A stretch of DNA of 63,592 bases, filler included, from Octopus bimaculoides (taxonomy: Eukaryota): the NCBI RefSeq assembly GCF_001194135.2. It is 5 parts of 4 records of this genome, joined end to end, with 100 filler letters (N's around TTAATTAATTAA, not from the genome) between each part and the next. Parts side by side here need not be neighbours in the genome. Positions count along the whole stretch, not along the records: positions 36,502 to 43,194 come from NC_068988.1; positions 43,295 to 59,623 come from NC_068988.1; 3 more parts are not named here. One strand, given 5' to 3'. Both the position numbers and the translations under genes were made by a program. Of this stretch, positions 39,844 to 52,656 are shown piece by piece (position 1 is the stretch's first letter; every line of letters begins with the position of its first letter). Below the pieces are notes generated by a model. The model had not been told where the DNA came from. It saw only the letters and a program-made list of their open reading frames with translations, and searched no databases.

Positions 39844-40187
39844 TGATCCGATCAACGGAACAACCTGCTCGTGAAATTAACGTGCAAGTGGCTGAGCACT
39901 CCACAGACACGTGTACCCTTAACGTAGTTCTCGGGGATATTCAGCGTGACACAGTGTGACAAGGCTGACCCTTTGAATTACAGGCACAACAGAAACAGGA
40001 AGTGAGAGTGAGAGAAAGTTGTGGTGAAAGAGTACAGCAGGGTTCGCCACCATCCCCTGCCAGAGCCTCGTGGAGCTTTAGGTATTTTCGCTCAATAAAC
40101 ATTCACAACGCCCGGTCTGGGAATCGAAACCGCGATCCTATGACCACAAGTCCGCTGCCCTAAACACTGGGCCATTCCGCCTCCACA
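39844..40187 (-). mobile_element. tRNA-derived SINE, family 2
   Basis: Head GGCGGAATGGCCCAGTGTTTAGGGCAGCGGACTTGTGGTC...GGTTTCGATTCCC (A and B boxes) followed by a unique body. Confidence 0.75.
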
Positions 40188-41998
40188 AGTTACACTTACA
40201 AAGCGGAAAAAATTGTCAACAAAGAGCCATTGTTGAGCTGGCATTGTATATTCGCAATATGTTGATCAGTTCAGATTGGAGTCACTTAGGAGGGTAATGT
40301 CATTTAGAATGGCAGGATAATGAACCACAATTTGTTGAGCTTCAGTTTCATGAACCATGATATTTTATTCTGAACTACTGTTTATTGAAAGATAGCTCAG
40401 CACTTTGGAAGTTTCATCTTCATTGTATGGAGCCACAGAAATTAAAATATATGACGAAAGAAATAATCAGGTACCACAACAAGACAACTGGATAAAGTGT
40501 TGAAGGAAGGCATCTAGAAACACCTGAACATTTTATTTACCATAGATATATGTATGTGATGACAAACTGGGTCATGGTACAAGATATAACAAGATATTCC
40601 TTCATTAAAACCTCGTGCTGTGCATACCATCAACTACTGTCGAAAACGACAGTGATTCAATTATATAAGACATCTAGGAACGACGTTATTTAAATAAATG
40701 AGGCTGAGGTAACAACCGTCCAGAGGATTAATTAATGTATGAGAAAAATATCCTGATATCAATTTGAAAATATGTAACCATGTGAGAAAAAATATAATTT
40801 TCTTCGAGTAATTCATATTTCTTTTTCTTATATATTTTGGTATCTGTCTCTGTCAGAAACCATAATTTTTTTTTTTTTACATTTCCATTCATAACATTAG
40901 TCCTTTGTGCTTCTCTAAGCTAAATATGCAACAGAAGTAATGATCGTTGCTCAAGGCATCGAAAGTAAGTTCTTCATCCAACTGTCTTCTCTCAAGTATA
41001 CTGTGCTATCATCACTCATAGATATTGCACCTAACTGTTGTTTGTTCTCTTGTCAAATCTAAGCTAACATAAATAAACTTATCGAAAGTATTCCAGGCGT
41101 GACCATCTTGTCGTTTTTCTAAACACAGTGCATCTGAAACGAAATTATTCACTAAGTCCTTTAAAAGATGTTAAGGTTAGATATGAAGGAGACAGAGTTG
41201 CTATTTTTAGCAGCGAGAACATACATAACTCTTTCGATCACAATTTGTAAAATGGAATTTCAAGGTAGTTCTTATAAGGAGGTTGTAATGAATCTGTTCT
41301 TGTTGTTGAGGTCATTTAGCCACAGGTCACCTCCAATCAGTGAGACGAGATCACACTTATTCCAACTGCGACCAAGCAATTTTTAAGCGTATAAAAACAA
41401 ATACAGTCCTATATTATAGAATGTGATCTTTCATTTTATAAGGTGGGCTGTAATTTGAATGAAATTTGGCAGTTGTTTCTAGCAGCTTAATCAACCACTT
41501 TGGCTCTAAATTATGGAGAAGATATTAGGAATGGTTTGCCTTGTTACTGCTGATGTTGCTTAATCCCATGCTAGCTTTTATTCAACAAACATTTGATTAA
41601 ATGCGTTCCGTTCTCTCTATCCCATCTTTGTTTAACTACATTGCCCAATGAATTCTTTACTCAAGTTATTGTCGAGAAGATGTTGTTGCTTTTTATAGCA
41701 AGCTGTGCGGCCACACAGAGATTCTTCGTTGGTGGGTCAAAACAATGTCCAAAGTGGTTGAAGCTCTATTTTAAAGAATTCAAGGGTGGAATACAATGCT
41801 ATTTACAATGGCCAATGATGCTGACATGCCCATCTAGCTTTTCTCTCCCGTCACTTTTCGTCTGCCTCTAACATGTATTGTGTTTTAAACAGAGCGCATC
41901 CATAAGATATATCGTTTTCGGACAAATACCTCAACAAGCCTTGGTTTCTGTGATATTTCTACATTAGGTATAATACACTGCTGAACACACAAACACAC

Positions 41999-42052
<54 letters not shown>

Positions 42053-42561
42053 NNNNNNNNNNNNNNNNNNNNNNNNNNNNNNNNNNNNNNNNNNNNNNNN
42101 NNNNNNNNNNNNNNNNNNNNNNNNNNNNNNNNNNNNNNNNNNNNNNNNNNNNNNNNNNNNNNNNNNNNNNNNNNNNNNNNNNNNNNNNNNNNNNNNNNNN
42201 NNNNNNNNNNNNNNNNNNNNNNNNNNNNNNNNNNNNNNNNNNNNNNNNNNNNNNNNNNNNNNNNNNNNNNNNNNNNNNNNNNNNNNNNNNNNNNNNNNNN
42301 NNNNNNNNNNNNNNNNNNNNNNNNNNNNNNNNNNNNNNNNNNNNNNNNNNNNNNNNNNNNNNNNNNNNNNNNNNNNNNNNNNNNNNNNNNNNNNNNNNNN
42401 NNNNNNNNNNNNNNNNNNNNNNNNNNNNNNNNNNNNNNNNNNNNNNNNNNNNNNNNNNNNNNNNNNNNNNNNNNNNNNNNNNNNNNNNNNNNNNNNATAT
42501 ATATGCAGACATATGCATGCCATTATCTAGCCCCAAATACATATGGCATGCATAGACTTAC

Positions 42562-42598
42562 CTTCAGCAAACGAAGACACATTTCTGTGGTATTTGAG
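42562..42598 (-). other. Candidate 37-nt internal exon
   Basis: Strong acceptor (ttgctttttattattatttttacgtag) and donor AAG|gtaagt; two of three frames open (LKYHRNVSSFAE or SNTTEMCLRLLK). No homology recognised. Confidence 0.25.
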
Positions 42599-43159
42599 CT
42601 ACGTAAAAATAATAATAAAAAGCAACCAAATTTACCTTACCATAATTCCTGCTACATTAATTTATATAGAGTTGATTTAACAATAACATGTACGATATAA
42701 CACTAATATGAACAGTTCTTGGTTGAAACCTCAATGTTCATAATGCAGTACGATCCGGGAGTAACCAACAACAACAACAAAAACAACTGATAGTTTCATC
42801 AATCAATGATGTAACTGTTTCCATTCAGTTTCTTCTGCCATTTTGTTGGCAGACCAGCTATTCCCTGCTCAAATAATTTCCTGTCTTTACAGGAAAAGAA
42901 TTATTCCTGGTGAATTTTTACATACGTAAATTTGCACACACTCACTAGCAGTAAGGATTTTAATGACTCTAGTCATAAAGGAATAGTTTATGTGTGTTAG
43001 GTATGAAGTTTATTGTTATTCTAGGAGTTCAGTCAGTACCAAATGTTAAGCACTAATGAATAATTCTGTAGTTTAATACGAAATAAATATAATAATAGAA
43101 AAGATTAAAAGATTAACTTCTATAAGGTGTTATAAATTGTCTTCCCGATAATATAAATA

Positions 43160-43194
<35 letters not shown>

Positions 43195-43238
43195 NNNNNN
43201 NNNNNNNNNNNNNNNNNNNNNNNNNNNNNNNNNNNNNN

Positions 43239-43250
43239 TTAATTAATTAA
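43239..43250. other. Artificial TTAATTAATTAA linker in an N gap
   Basis: Same construct as at 21936. Confidence 0.93.
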
Positions 43251-43369
43251 NNNNNNNNNNNNNNNNNNNNNNNNNNNNNNNNNNNNNNNNNNNNGGATTT
43301 GAGATTTTGGCTCCTCCTTCTAAACAGGTTGGACGCTTCATGCGTTCTTAAGCTTAGTGCTAATTTTAA

Positions 43370-43409
<40 letters not shown>

Positions 43410-43977
43410 AGTCTGTATAATTGTGTATAGAAGAATATATTAATTCGTGAAAATTCCAACTTAATCTCATGTTCAGGTTTTATTATTCGCAATTTTTACA
43501 AGTTTACAATTTTACTATTTTACTATTTTAGATTATTGAAATAAGCTAGTACTTTCGTGCGTTGCGCAGTGATCTGGTTGGATTCCAACTTGGGTCTCGG
43601 CAGATACACGTGTGCCATGGCTGCGAATGTTTCTTTAAGTTCATGATGATATATATAATTTAGTGAGACTCATAGACTTAATTTGAAAAGCTTATGAGAT
43701 GAAAAAGAGACAACTTTAAATCAATGATAGATATTTAAATATTCACAATCATGTAGATGTTTCATTCTTATTAGATATCATATACTTCACTGCACTTGCC
43801 GTAGTAGAGATGAAAGAATTAATAGTTATTAAATGTAGAATAATGTACACAAGTTTTCATTTACTTAACTCATAATCAAGTATGATTTTGCATCAGAAAG
43901 GTATATTTTATGTCGGTGTGAAAAATTAATTTATTTTATATATAATCTATGATTTTATGGAGACAAACTTATAAAAT

Positions 43978-44172
43978 CGTTAAGGCACCGGAAAAATTGC
44001 TTAGCGGCATTTCTTCCGACTTTACGTTCTGAGTTCAAATGCCGCCGGAGTCGACTTTGCCTTTCATCCTCTCTGGGTCGATAAAATAAGTACCACTCAA
44101 TCACTGGTGTCGCTATAATCGACTTATCCGCTCCCCTTAAATTTCTGGCCTTGTATCAAAATTTAAAACCAA
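43978..44172 (+). mobile_element. tRNA-derived SINE, family 3 (GCCTTTCATCC...GTCGATAAAATAAGTACC central domain)
   Basis: B box GAGTTCAAATGCC; similar copies at 44815-45030 and 63255-63430. Confidence 0.85.
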
Positions 44173-44456
44173 TGTGAACTATTGACCTAGCCTATTTACT
44201 GATAAAAATTCATGTTTTAGAATACTCCTGTACTCTGACTGAGATATAGAAATTTTGATATTCCAATTCGTTCAGAAATTGCTTTACTCACAAAGAATTT
44301 ATGGAAGTCTAAGACACATTCAGCATCGTAGGAGTTTTACCACTAGTCGTTTTTGCTTGTTAGCAAATGGAAGCATGTATATATGTATGTATGTGTAAGC
44401 ATGTATGTGTATATGTATACACGTATGCATATATGTAGCTGTATTTATGTACTTGT

Positions 44457-44502
<46 letters not shown>

Positions 44503-44814
44503 TTTTTCTAATTGCCATTCCTCATGTTCAATTACGATGCTATTGAATTTTCATACGATGTTTAGTTTTTCGTGGAGGTAGATTGATGGTAAGGACACCA
44601 TATCAAGAATTTTATATAGCAAAATTGTAAAACTAAAATTCGACAAGGATTTAACAAAATCGTTTCGTAGAGCAGTTTTATTATCATTATAACGATTAAT
44701 ATGTACATAACAATGGTTATAATGATAATGATAATAATAATAATAATCATAATAATAATAATAATAATAATATTAATGGTAATCATAATAATAATCATTA
44801 TTATTACAATTATT

Positions 44815-45030
44815 GTTAAGCATTTTGTCCAACAGAACGCCGGGCAGAATGCTTTGCGGCATTTCGTGTATCTTTACGTACTGTGTTCAAATTCTGCCGA
44901 GGTCGACTTTGCCTTTCATCTTTTCATACTTTCAGGGTCGATAAATTAAGTAGCAGTTCAGTACTGTGATCGATGTAATTGAGTCGTCCCCTTACTACGA
45001 ATTTCAGGATTAGTGCCTTTAGTAGATATG
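44815..45030 (+). mobile_element. SINE family 3 copy
   Basis: GTTCAAATTCTGCCGAGGTCGACTTTGCCTTTCATC...GTCGATAAATTAAGTA. Confidence 0.82.
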
Positions 45031-45055
45031 ATTATTGTTACTATTATTATAATTG

Positions 45056-47478
45056 CCTTTGCACAGCTTCTAACGCTGGAGATGTACTACAGTGTCAGCT
45101 GTTCACTACCAGTGAACTAAGGTGACACCTTTTATTTTTCGAGCACCTTCCGGAGTATTCGAGTGGTTCCAAGCAGTGCTGTTTTCTACAAGTGCACCAC
45201 CCTTATTGCAGCCCCTATTTGTTCCACATATTTCTCGAGATTTTTGCTCATTGTTCCCAGGGTTCCGACAATTATTGGTACTACTGTTACCTTTGTCATC
45301 GACCACAACTGCTTGACTTCCCAAGCTAACCTATCATATCTCTCAACTTTTCTTTCTTCCTTGTCGCATACCTTGTTATCAGCTGGACATGCTATATCTA
45401 TGATCCAGCATAGTTTGTTTTCTTTCTCAATTAAGACTATGTCCCGCTTCCTATTCTCTATCACATAGTCGCACTGAATCACAAAATCCGACAGGATCTT
45501 AGCATTTCTATTTTCGACGATGCCTTCAGGTTTGTGGTCGTACCACGTTTTTGCTCTGTCAAGTCCATACTTGTTGCAGAGTGTCCAATGGACAAGCCTG
45601 GCTATATTATCGTGGCGTCTTTTATATTCCTCCTGGGCTAGTGGCGTACATTGACTTGTAATATGCTATACAGTTTCACCGTTTGTCCACAGATTCTGCA
45701 CTTATCACTTTCTGTTGTGTTGTCTATTTTATGTAGTTTGTTTTTTTGTGCTTACTCTTGGACAGCACAGATTAGAGCCCCTGTTTCCGGTTTTAAATCA
45801 TTTTTAGTCATCAACAGCCATCTTTTTTTCTCTGTCTGTCTTATCTTCAACATCCCCATGAAATTGCCCATGCATTCTTTTCTTTACCCACCTATTTTCA
45901 GTTTCATTCGTTTTCAATTTGTTGTATTGTGTTTTATTTTTGCTATCTTTCATCCTACACAAGCCTGATCTTCTTACTTCTAATAATAGCGGTTCTGTGG
46001 CATTTTTTACATACCATGCTATGTAGCTTTCTTCTGATCTAATGTTGTGTTTGCATCCAATAAGTCTTCTTCCCCCTCTTTTTCTTGGTACATACAGTCT
46101 GTCTGTGTCACTTTTTGGGTGGAGTGACCCATATCTCATTAGCAACTTCCTTGTCTTTCTGTCTAAGCTGTTTAGTTCGTCTACTGTCCATGCGTTTACC
46201 CCTGCTCCATATCTAAAGACTGAATCCGCCCACGTATTCATAGCTTCGATCTTATTCCGTCCAATTAATTTCGACTTTTAATCAGTAGGGACAGGCAGTA
46301 CCCTTGGAAGATGCCCCTCCTAATTTCTACTGTCCCTAAGCTTCTTTCGTATGCTGTCAGGTCCGTCCTCCAATTCGCCATACTTTTTCCAAGTAATCGC
46401 TCAACATACACTCCATAATCCAAAAATGTAGGATCATATCGTACGCTTTACGATAGTCGATCCATGATATGGCTAAGTTACTTTTCCTCCTCTTGCAGTT
46501 TCTAAGTACAATTTTGTCTATCAGGAGTTGATCCTTGATATCTCTGCACTTATGTTTGCAACCATTCTCCTCATGTGGCAGGACTTCATTTTTTTTTTCC
46601 AGATGTTTGTACATTGACCCTGCGAGTATTCCAGTCAATAACTTCCCCATAAGTGGCAAGCAGGATATTGGCCTGTAATTGTCTACCGTATTGCCTTTTT
46701 CGATGTTTTTCAGGCACAGCACTGTCCTACCCAATGTCAACCACTCTGGTATTCTTTGGTCGGCATTTAACAAGGTGTTGAGTAGCGCAGCTATTCGTGC
46801 ATGATATTCACCAAATCTTTTGATCTAGTAGCCTTGAACTCCATCTGGTCCCGGGGCCTTCCAGTTGGTCATTTTTTTTCTGATTTCCTTCACTTCCTTA
46901 ACTGAAATGATTGTTCTGCCTGTTTTGGACACACTACTTGCAGTTCTTGCAACCATTCAGCATCCTTCTTCTGCTCCTTTTTTTTTTTTTTGCTCCAGAT
47001 GTCACTCCAAAACTTTTCATCTGTACACTCTCCATTTATTTCTTTATAGAATCTCTTCTGATCTACTCTGAATAACATATTCTGGTTGTAACCCTTCATT
47101 CTATGGTCGTATCTTACCATCTTTGCTTACTTTGCAACGAGACGCTGTTTCAGTCCCTCCACTACTACTTTAGGCCCTTTCTTTCAATATCATACTTCTT
47201 TTCAGCGCCCTGTATTTTTGTTAGCTTTTAAGCTCCCCTTTCTCTTTTCGGTCTAACACAGAGATTTCCTTCGAGAGCATGTCTAACCTTGTCTGGATTC
47301 TTCTTTTCCACCATGGAATTTTTCTTTTGCTACTCCTATTATGTTTCTTTTTCTTGACATCAACACCCACGTTTTCTGCTAGAACAATACTTGCTGCCTT
47401 GATCAAATTATTTGTTTCTGATGTATTTCAGAATTTCATTGACATTTTTCTTTTCTTGGTTCAGTTTCCATCGGTCAA
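45056..47478 (-). mobile_element. R4/Dong-clade non-LTR retrotransposon (RT, CCHC, restriction-like endonuclease); 5'-truncated and internally deleted
   Basis: PWWKRRI, YNQNMLFRVDQKRFY, GPDGV, NYRPISCLP, WIDYRKAYD, GIFQG, RHDNIARLVHW, DIVLIEK...IIDIACP, VPIIVGTLG; stop at 45132-34; TAA/GAT repeats on both sides. Confidence 0.92.
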
Positions 47479-47487
47479 CCTATTATT

Positions 47488-47581
<94 letters not shown>

Positions 47582-48399
47582 NNNNNNNNNNNNNNNNNNN
47601 NNNNNNNNNNNNNNNNNNNNNNNNNNNNNNNNNNNNNNNNNNNNNNNNNNNNNNNNNNNNNNNNNNNNNNNNNNNNNNNNNNNNNNNNNNNNNNNNNNNN
47701 NNNNNNNNNNNNNNNNNNNNNNNNNNNNNNNNNNNNNNNNNNNNNNNNNNNNNNNNNNNNNNNNNNNNNNNNNNNNNNNNNNNNNNNNNNNNNNNNNNNN
47801 NNNNNNNNNNNNNNNNNNNNNNNNNNNNNNNNNNNNNNNNNNNNNNNNNNNNNNNNNNNNNNNNNNNNNNNNNNNNNNNNNNNNNNNNNNNNNNNNNNNN
47901 NNNNNNNNNNNNNNNNNNNNNNNNNNNNNNNNNNNNNNNNNNNNNNNNNNNNNNNNNNNNNNNNNNNNNNNNNNNNNNNNNNNNNNNNNNNNNNNNNNNN
48001 NNNNNNNNNNNNNNNNNNNNNNNNNNNNNNNNNNNNNNNNNNNNNNNNNNNNNNNNNNNNNNNNNNNNNNNNNNNNNNNNNNNNNNNNNNNNNNNNNNNN
48101 NNNNNNNNNNNNNNNNNNNNNNNNNNNNNNNNNNNNNNNNNNNNNNNNNNNNNNNNNNNNNNNNNNNNNNNNNNNNNNNNNNNNNNNNNNNNNNNNNNNN
48201 NNNNNNNNNNNNNNNNNNNNNNNNNNNNNNNNNNNNNNNNNNNNNNNNNNNNNNNNNNNNNNNNNNNNNNNNNNNNNNNNNNNNNNNNNNNNNNNNNNNN
48301 NNNNNNNNNNNNNNNNNNNNNNNNNNNNNNNNNNNNNNNNNNNNNNNNNNNNNNNNNNNNNNNNNNNNNNNNNNNNNNNNNNNNNNNNNNNNNNNNNNN

Positions 48400-48434
<35 letters not shown>

Positions 48435-48954
48435 ATTTGGCAAGATGATATGTTGGGGAGTAGTGGGAAGGCTTCTCACCTTTATGGAATATAATATCTT
48501 CCACTTCATATAATTATATGTGAATTGGCAAGATTATTGATTTATTGAAAAAGAACGCCGATTGTATTACAGAGCTATATAATAGGTTGACTCTAAGTGA
48601 TATGTACTTGCTGCTACTTATTCTTTGAAATAAAAACTATATCATTCAATTAAAAGTTAGTCTTTCGCAGACTTTATTACCATTGCTTATTGATTACACC
48701 TTATTTAGGGCGGCCCTACCCCAATGGCAGGGATCTAGTACATTACTGCTGCTTCCGTAGCGATCATCACGCGATGAAAGACAGCTTTTAGAAACTGCTC
48801 AGTTCTTAAACACGTATCTTGTATCCCCGGTTCTTCTGTTGCTGAATTTGTTGTTGTTTAGCCCCAGGTCACTCCTGATGGAGGAGATGTCATGTCAATG
48901 ATATACAAAATATGGCCTCCCAGAGTTCTTTTCCAGGCATGAGAATTCATTTAT

Positions 48955-49235
48955 AGGTGCAGGTATGGTAAGAAGTTTGCAAGATTGCTTCTCAACTATA
49001 TGGTTCTAAGTTCAGTCCCACTGCGTAGCGCCTTGGGAGAGTTTCTTTTACTATATCCATGTGTGTGATTGTCGTTGAAATTGTGTCTTTTTGTTTGCCC
49101 CTCACCACCGCTTGACCGAAAGAATAAATACCAAGTACTAAAAGTAAGCACTGGATTCGATTCGTTTAACTTAAACCCTTCGAGTCGATGCCCAAGCATG
49201 CTCAGGATCTAATGATCAAATCAACTAAAAGATTA
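48955..49235 (+). mobile_element. Degenerate SINE family 1 copy with internal deletions
   Basis: GTTCAGTCCCACTGCGTAGCGCCTTGGG head and a remnant of the CCCAAGCATG tail. Confidence 0.6.
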
Positions 49236-50552
49236 ATGATAAAATATAGGACTATATTCTTCATTGTATCATTCCGAATTTAAGATGGCAGGCTGTGATA
49301 AGGAGATATAATTTCTGTTTCTATCCTTGACATACTTGAAACACAGGTAATGATGGGCTAACAAATGAGTGGCTTGATCTACTAGAAATGGCCACCAAAT
49401 TTCCCTCCAATTGCACCCTACCAAGTAACCACTCTAGACAAATACGAAAATACCAGCAACCATTGATGATACTAAGAGACTAAGGGACATAGGTAATACG
49501 TAAATAATACAGCAATTGCTTTGTGTCAAACAGCCACAAAGACCTTATTACGCTTTTTAAACCTTGGTATATTAAATCTGATAGCATCTGTATATTATAT
49601 ATATTATCAATACGATCAAATTTGAAACCGTGTTTTAAAAATACGATTGTTGAATCAGTAAAGAAATTTTATTAAGTAATAATATGATATCTAAAGGTCA
49701 TAGTATATAATATACAGTGATTGATTAAATATGTATACATTGAGTGCTTGAAAGTTCGCGAAAACAAATACTGATATCAAAGAATCGATAAGGTCAAGTT
49801 AGAATGACTCCATTTTTTAATGCAGAATATTGTATAATTTGTCAATGCCATTGCTACAACACACACACACACGCACACGCACGCACACACACACACACAC
49901 ACAAACACACATTGACTCACATACACACACGCACACTATTGATTATGGTAGCCTTTTGCCATTCTTGTAATCAATTAGAACTCACCAAAGTTTACAGCAA
50001 ATTTGCTGTTGTTAAGCTGATTATTTTCACTGTATAAATTTTTTCGTTCAGAACAATATCAGTATTACCCTCACACTTTCTAATGATTTACTTAATAGTA
50101 AGGCTTTGAAAATTACCGAATATTGTATAATATATTACATCTAAACAAAAAAAATTATTATTTCTAATATATTTTCTCTGATATATACCTGGTCGTCTAC
50201 CACATAAGAATTTCTTTTTAACAAACGGTTTTACAATATTAAGTTGCTAATTATCCAAAATGTTCTAGACAAGCACATCATTCAATGGTTAATTAATGTT
50301 ACTAAATTGATTTTGGTTTAATTAAGAAGCTGTACAGTTCGAATATTTTCATGATTTCTTGTCATACGAGTATTGTGATCATTAAATCTCATTAATTAGA
50401 TAATATAGTTCTATATTTAAGAGATGAGGAATGATGTACATTATTTACATTGGATGGGTATTTGTCCTCATCAGGTGTTTTGGGGAAATTTCGAACCTGG
50501 ATTCTCATAAGGCATTTTTAGATGTTATTATTATTCCTGTTATTATTATTAA

Positions 50553-50617
50553 GCCTGGTATCGAACACGGAATCTTTGGGTTAGTAGCCCGCGCACTTAA
50601 CCACTTCGCCATGTGCC
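50553..50617 (-). promoter_or_regulatory. tRNA-like Pol III type 2 promoter inside the Penelope pLTR
   Basis: A box TGGCGAAGTGG (50601-11), GGG-CTACTAA-CCC anticodon-type arm, B box GTTCGATAC (50558-66). The right arm keeps only the B-box part (~51074-83). Confidence 0.7.
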
Positions 50618-50844
50618 TGTGGGGAATTATGGAGTGAATTTTAGGGCTTATAAATCTAATATCCTCCTATCCTTCCTTAATACTTGTTCCCATATGGTAC
50701 TCATAACTGTACTCGGTCTGCTTAGGAGGTTGTTGTGTCCTAGCATATATACTGCTTCTTTCAGTTTTCGTATTTTCCAGTGGAAAATGGAGACCAACTT
50801 CCCCCTGTGGGATGAAGTTAAGATTGCTCGTATACGGAAAAGTG

Positions 50845-51029
50845 AAGACCACCTCCCTCTGTGGGATGAAGTTAAAATAATAGATAGAGAAAACCACTGG
50901 AAAATACAAAAACTAAAAGAAGCAGCACATATGCTAGGACACAACAACCTCCTAAGCAGACCGAGTGCAGATATGAGTAGCATATGGGAACCGGTATTAA
51001 GGAAGGATAGGAAAATATTAGATTTATAA
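50845..51029 (+). pseudogene. C-terminal part of a Penelope GIY-YIG endonuclease
   Basis: WDEVKIIDRENHWKIQKLKEAAHM matches the PLE W..VKI.D.E..W..RK.KEA motif. Confidence 0.75.
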
Positions 51030-52607
51030 GACCTAAAATTCACCCCATAATTGCCCACGGGTATAGATTCCGAATTCGATTCCAGGCAGTGACCTGAATA
51101 ATAATAATAACATCGAAAAATACCTTAGAAATTTGAAATATCCCCAAGACAGCTGATGAAGGCTGGGAGGTATATCAGCCGAAGATGAGGACAAATATCT
51201 TTGAAATATAAATAACGCTCATTAATTAGGTTTAATAAATATTATCATGCATATTAATAATTGTTCTGCTACTTCATAGAATCAAAACTATTTTCATACT
51301 GTTTGGTCACTAGTTTCAACGTTACGTACAGATTACAGAGTAAGTTTTAATAACTCCATATCGCTGGAATTGTCGATCCACAATGAAAACTTTTAGTTTC
51401 ATGTAAAGCAACTCGTCTTACGGGAGAATTGGAATTCTGTACATTTAACAACAATACACATTGCAAACAGTGATGAGATTTCTATCCTGAGTAGCGATTT
51501 TGCAGGTAGTTAGTAGTTAAATTTTTTCATTTTAGGTAGCAATATAACTGTAGACTATTTTCTCACTATCTCCACATCCTATCCATGTAATCGCTCCAGT
51601 GGCTCATTATCCACATTTATACTAATAAATACATTAACTTAAAATTATTTAAACATCATACACGTTTTTAATAGAAATAGAAAACGTGTTCACTGCAATA
51701 TTGTTCCCTGGGGGGGGGGGAAATTTATGGGAAATGTTTGAATCAAGTGTATTGAAACTGTTTAAATGGTTGAGTTACTGAATGTGCCATAATAAAAGGA
51801 ATAAGTCCTGGGTTCACAATTAAAACAGAACCTACACATAAAATTTGTTTGGTGATTTATATAACATCGGCATCGAAATGGAGTTATGATGTTACAGCAC
51901 ACAAAAATGCTGATTCATCACTCTGAATTAAACAGTCAATATGTGACCATATGTTTACTAACAAACAGCTTTAGTAAATGTTTAGCTGTGGTCAACTAAA
52001 TATGATTTCAATTTCATTGTTTCCAGTTTAACCATTATTATATACTTTGTTTTTTAATAAATTTCTTGTTATTTCTGTAGTTGAATGTTGTGTAATGTTT
52101 CTTTCTAATCCAGAAGGAACCGGATTAGATTAAATTATTGATCGATTTCTGACATGTCTCAATTCATCATTGATGAAAATTTCCTGTATTTTTTTTATCT
52201 ATTTATTCATTTATGTTTTGGCTTTCTAACAAAATTCTTCTTAAGCATTAAATTGTTGTTAAGAAAGAGCTGTAATCTCACTGGCATTCTCCATGCCTGT
52301 TAGTCACCGAAATAGCAGGTATTTAATTCCGTATTCTCAACTTGATTAGCAAACAAAGACAATTGTACAGTTTATAAAGTTAGTCTCTCAAATTTTTTTG
52401 TTACACGCAAGTCATGAGAGAAATAATACGCCATATCATTTATGCATAAGTCAGTGTCATATAGCGTTGAGGCAACATCTGGCTGTCACGAATTTCAAAT
52501 TGTCGATTGATCTCTAAAGAAGTTTGGTTTTTATAACCCCACCACTATCATTCCTCCCCCATTTTCTTTACTTTTCAATATCTTCACTCTTTCATTTCTA
52601 TTGGTGC

Positions 52608-52656
<49 letters not shown>

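Larger units (their letters stand above)
50437..51216. mobile_element. Penelope family B foldback: two inverted copies of the GIY-YIG C-terminus plus pLTR
   Basis: Left arm 50437-50783 (minus) and right arm 50894-51216 (plus); about 14 mismatches in a ~165-nt core by eye; the spacer holds a duplicated GACCACCTCCCTCTGTGGGATGAAGTTAA-type segment. Confidence 0.9.

Noticed and set aside
43545-43640. Possible Helitron/Helentron terminus (also ~34590-34620)
   Set aside because: The similarity is too weak; no clear hairpin-CTAG end or matching partner.
50553-50617. Functional tRNA gene
   Set aside because: No acceptor stem and a broken T stem; embedded in a transposon repeat. Kept only as a tRNA-derived promoter.
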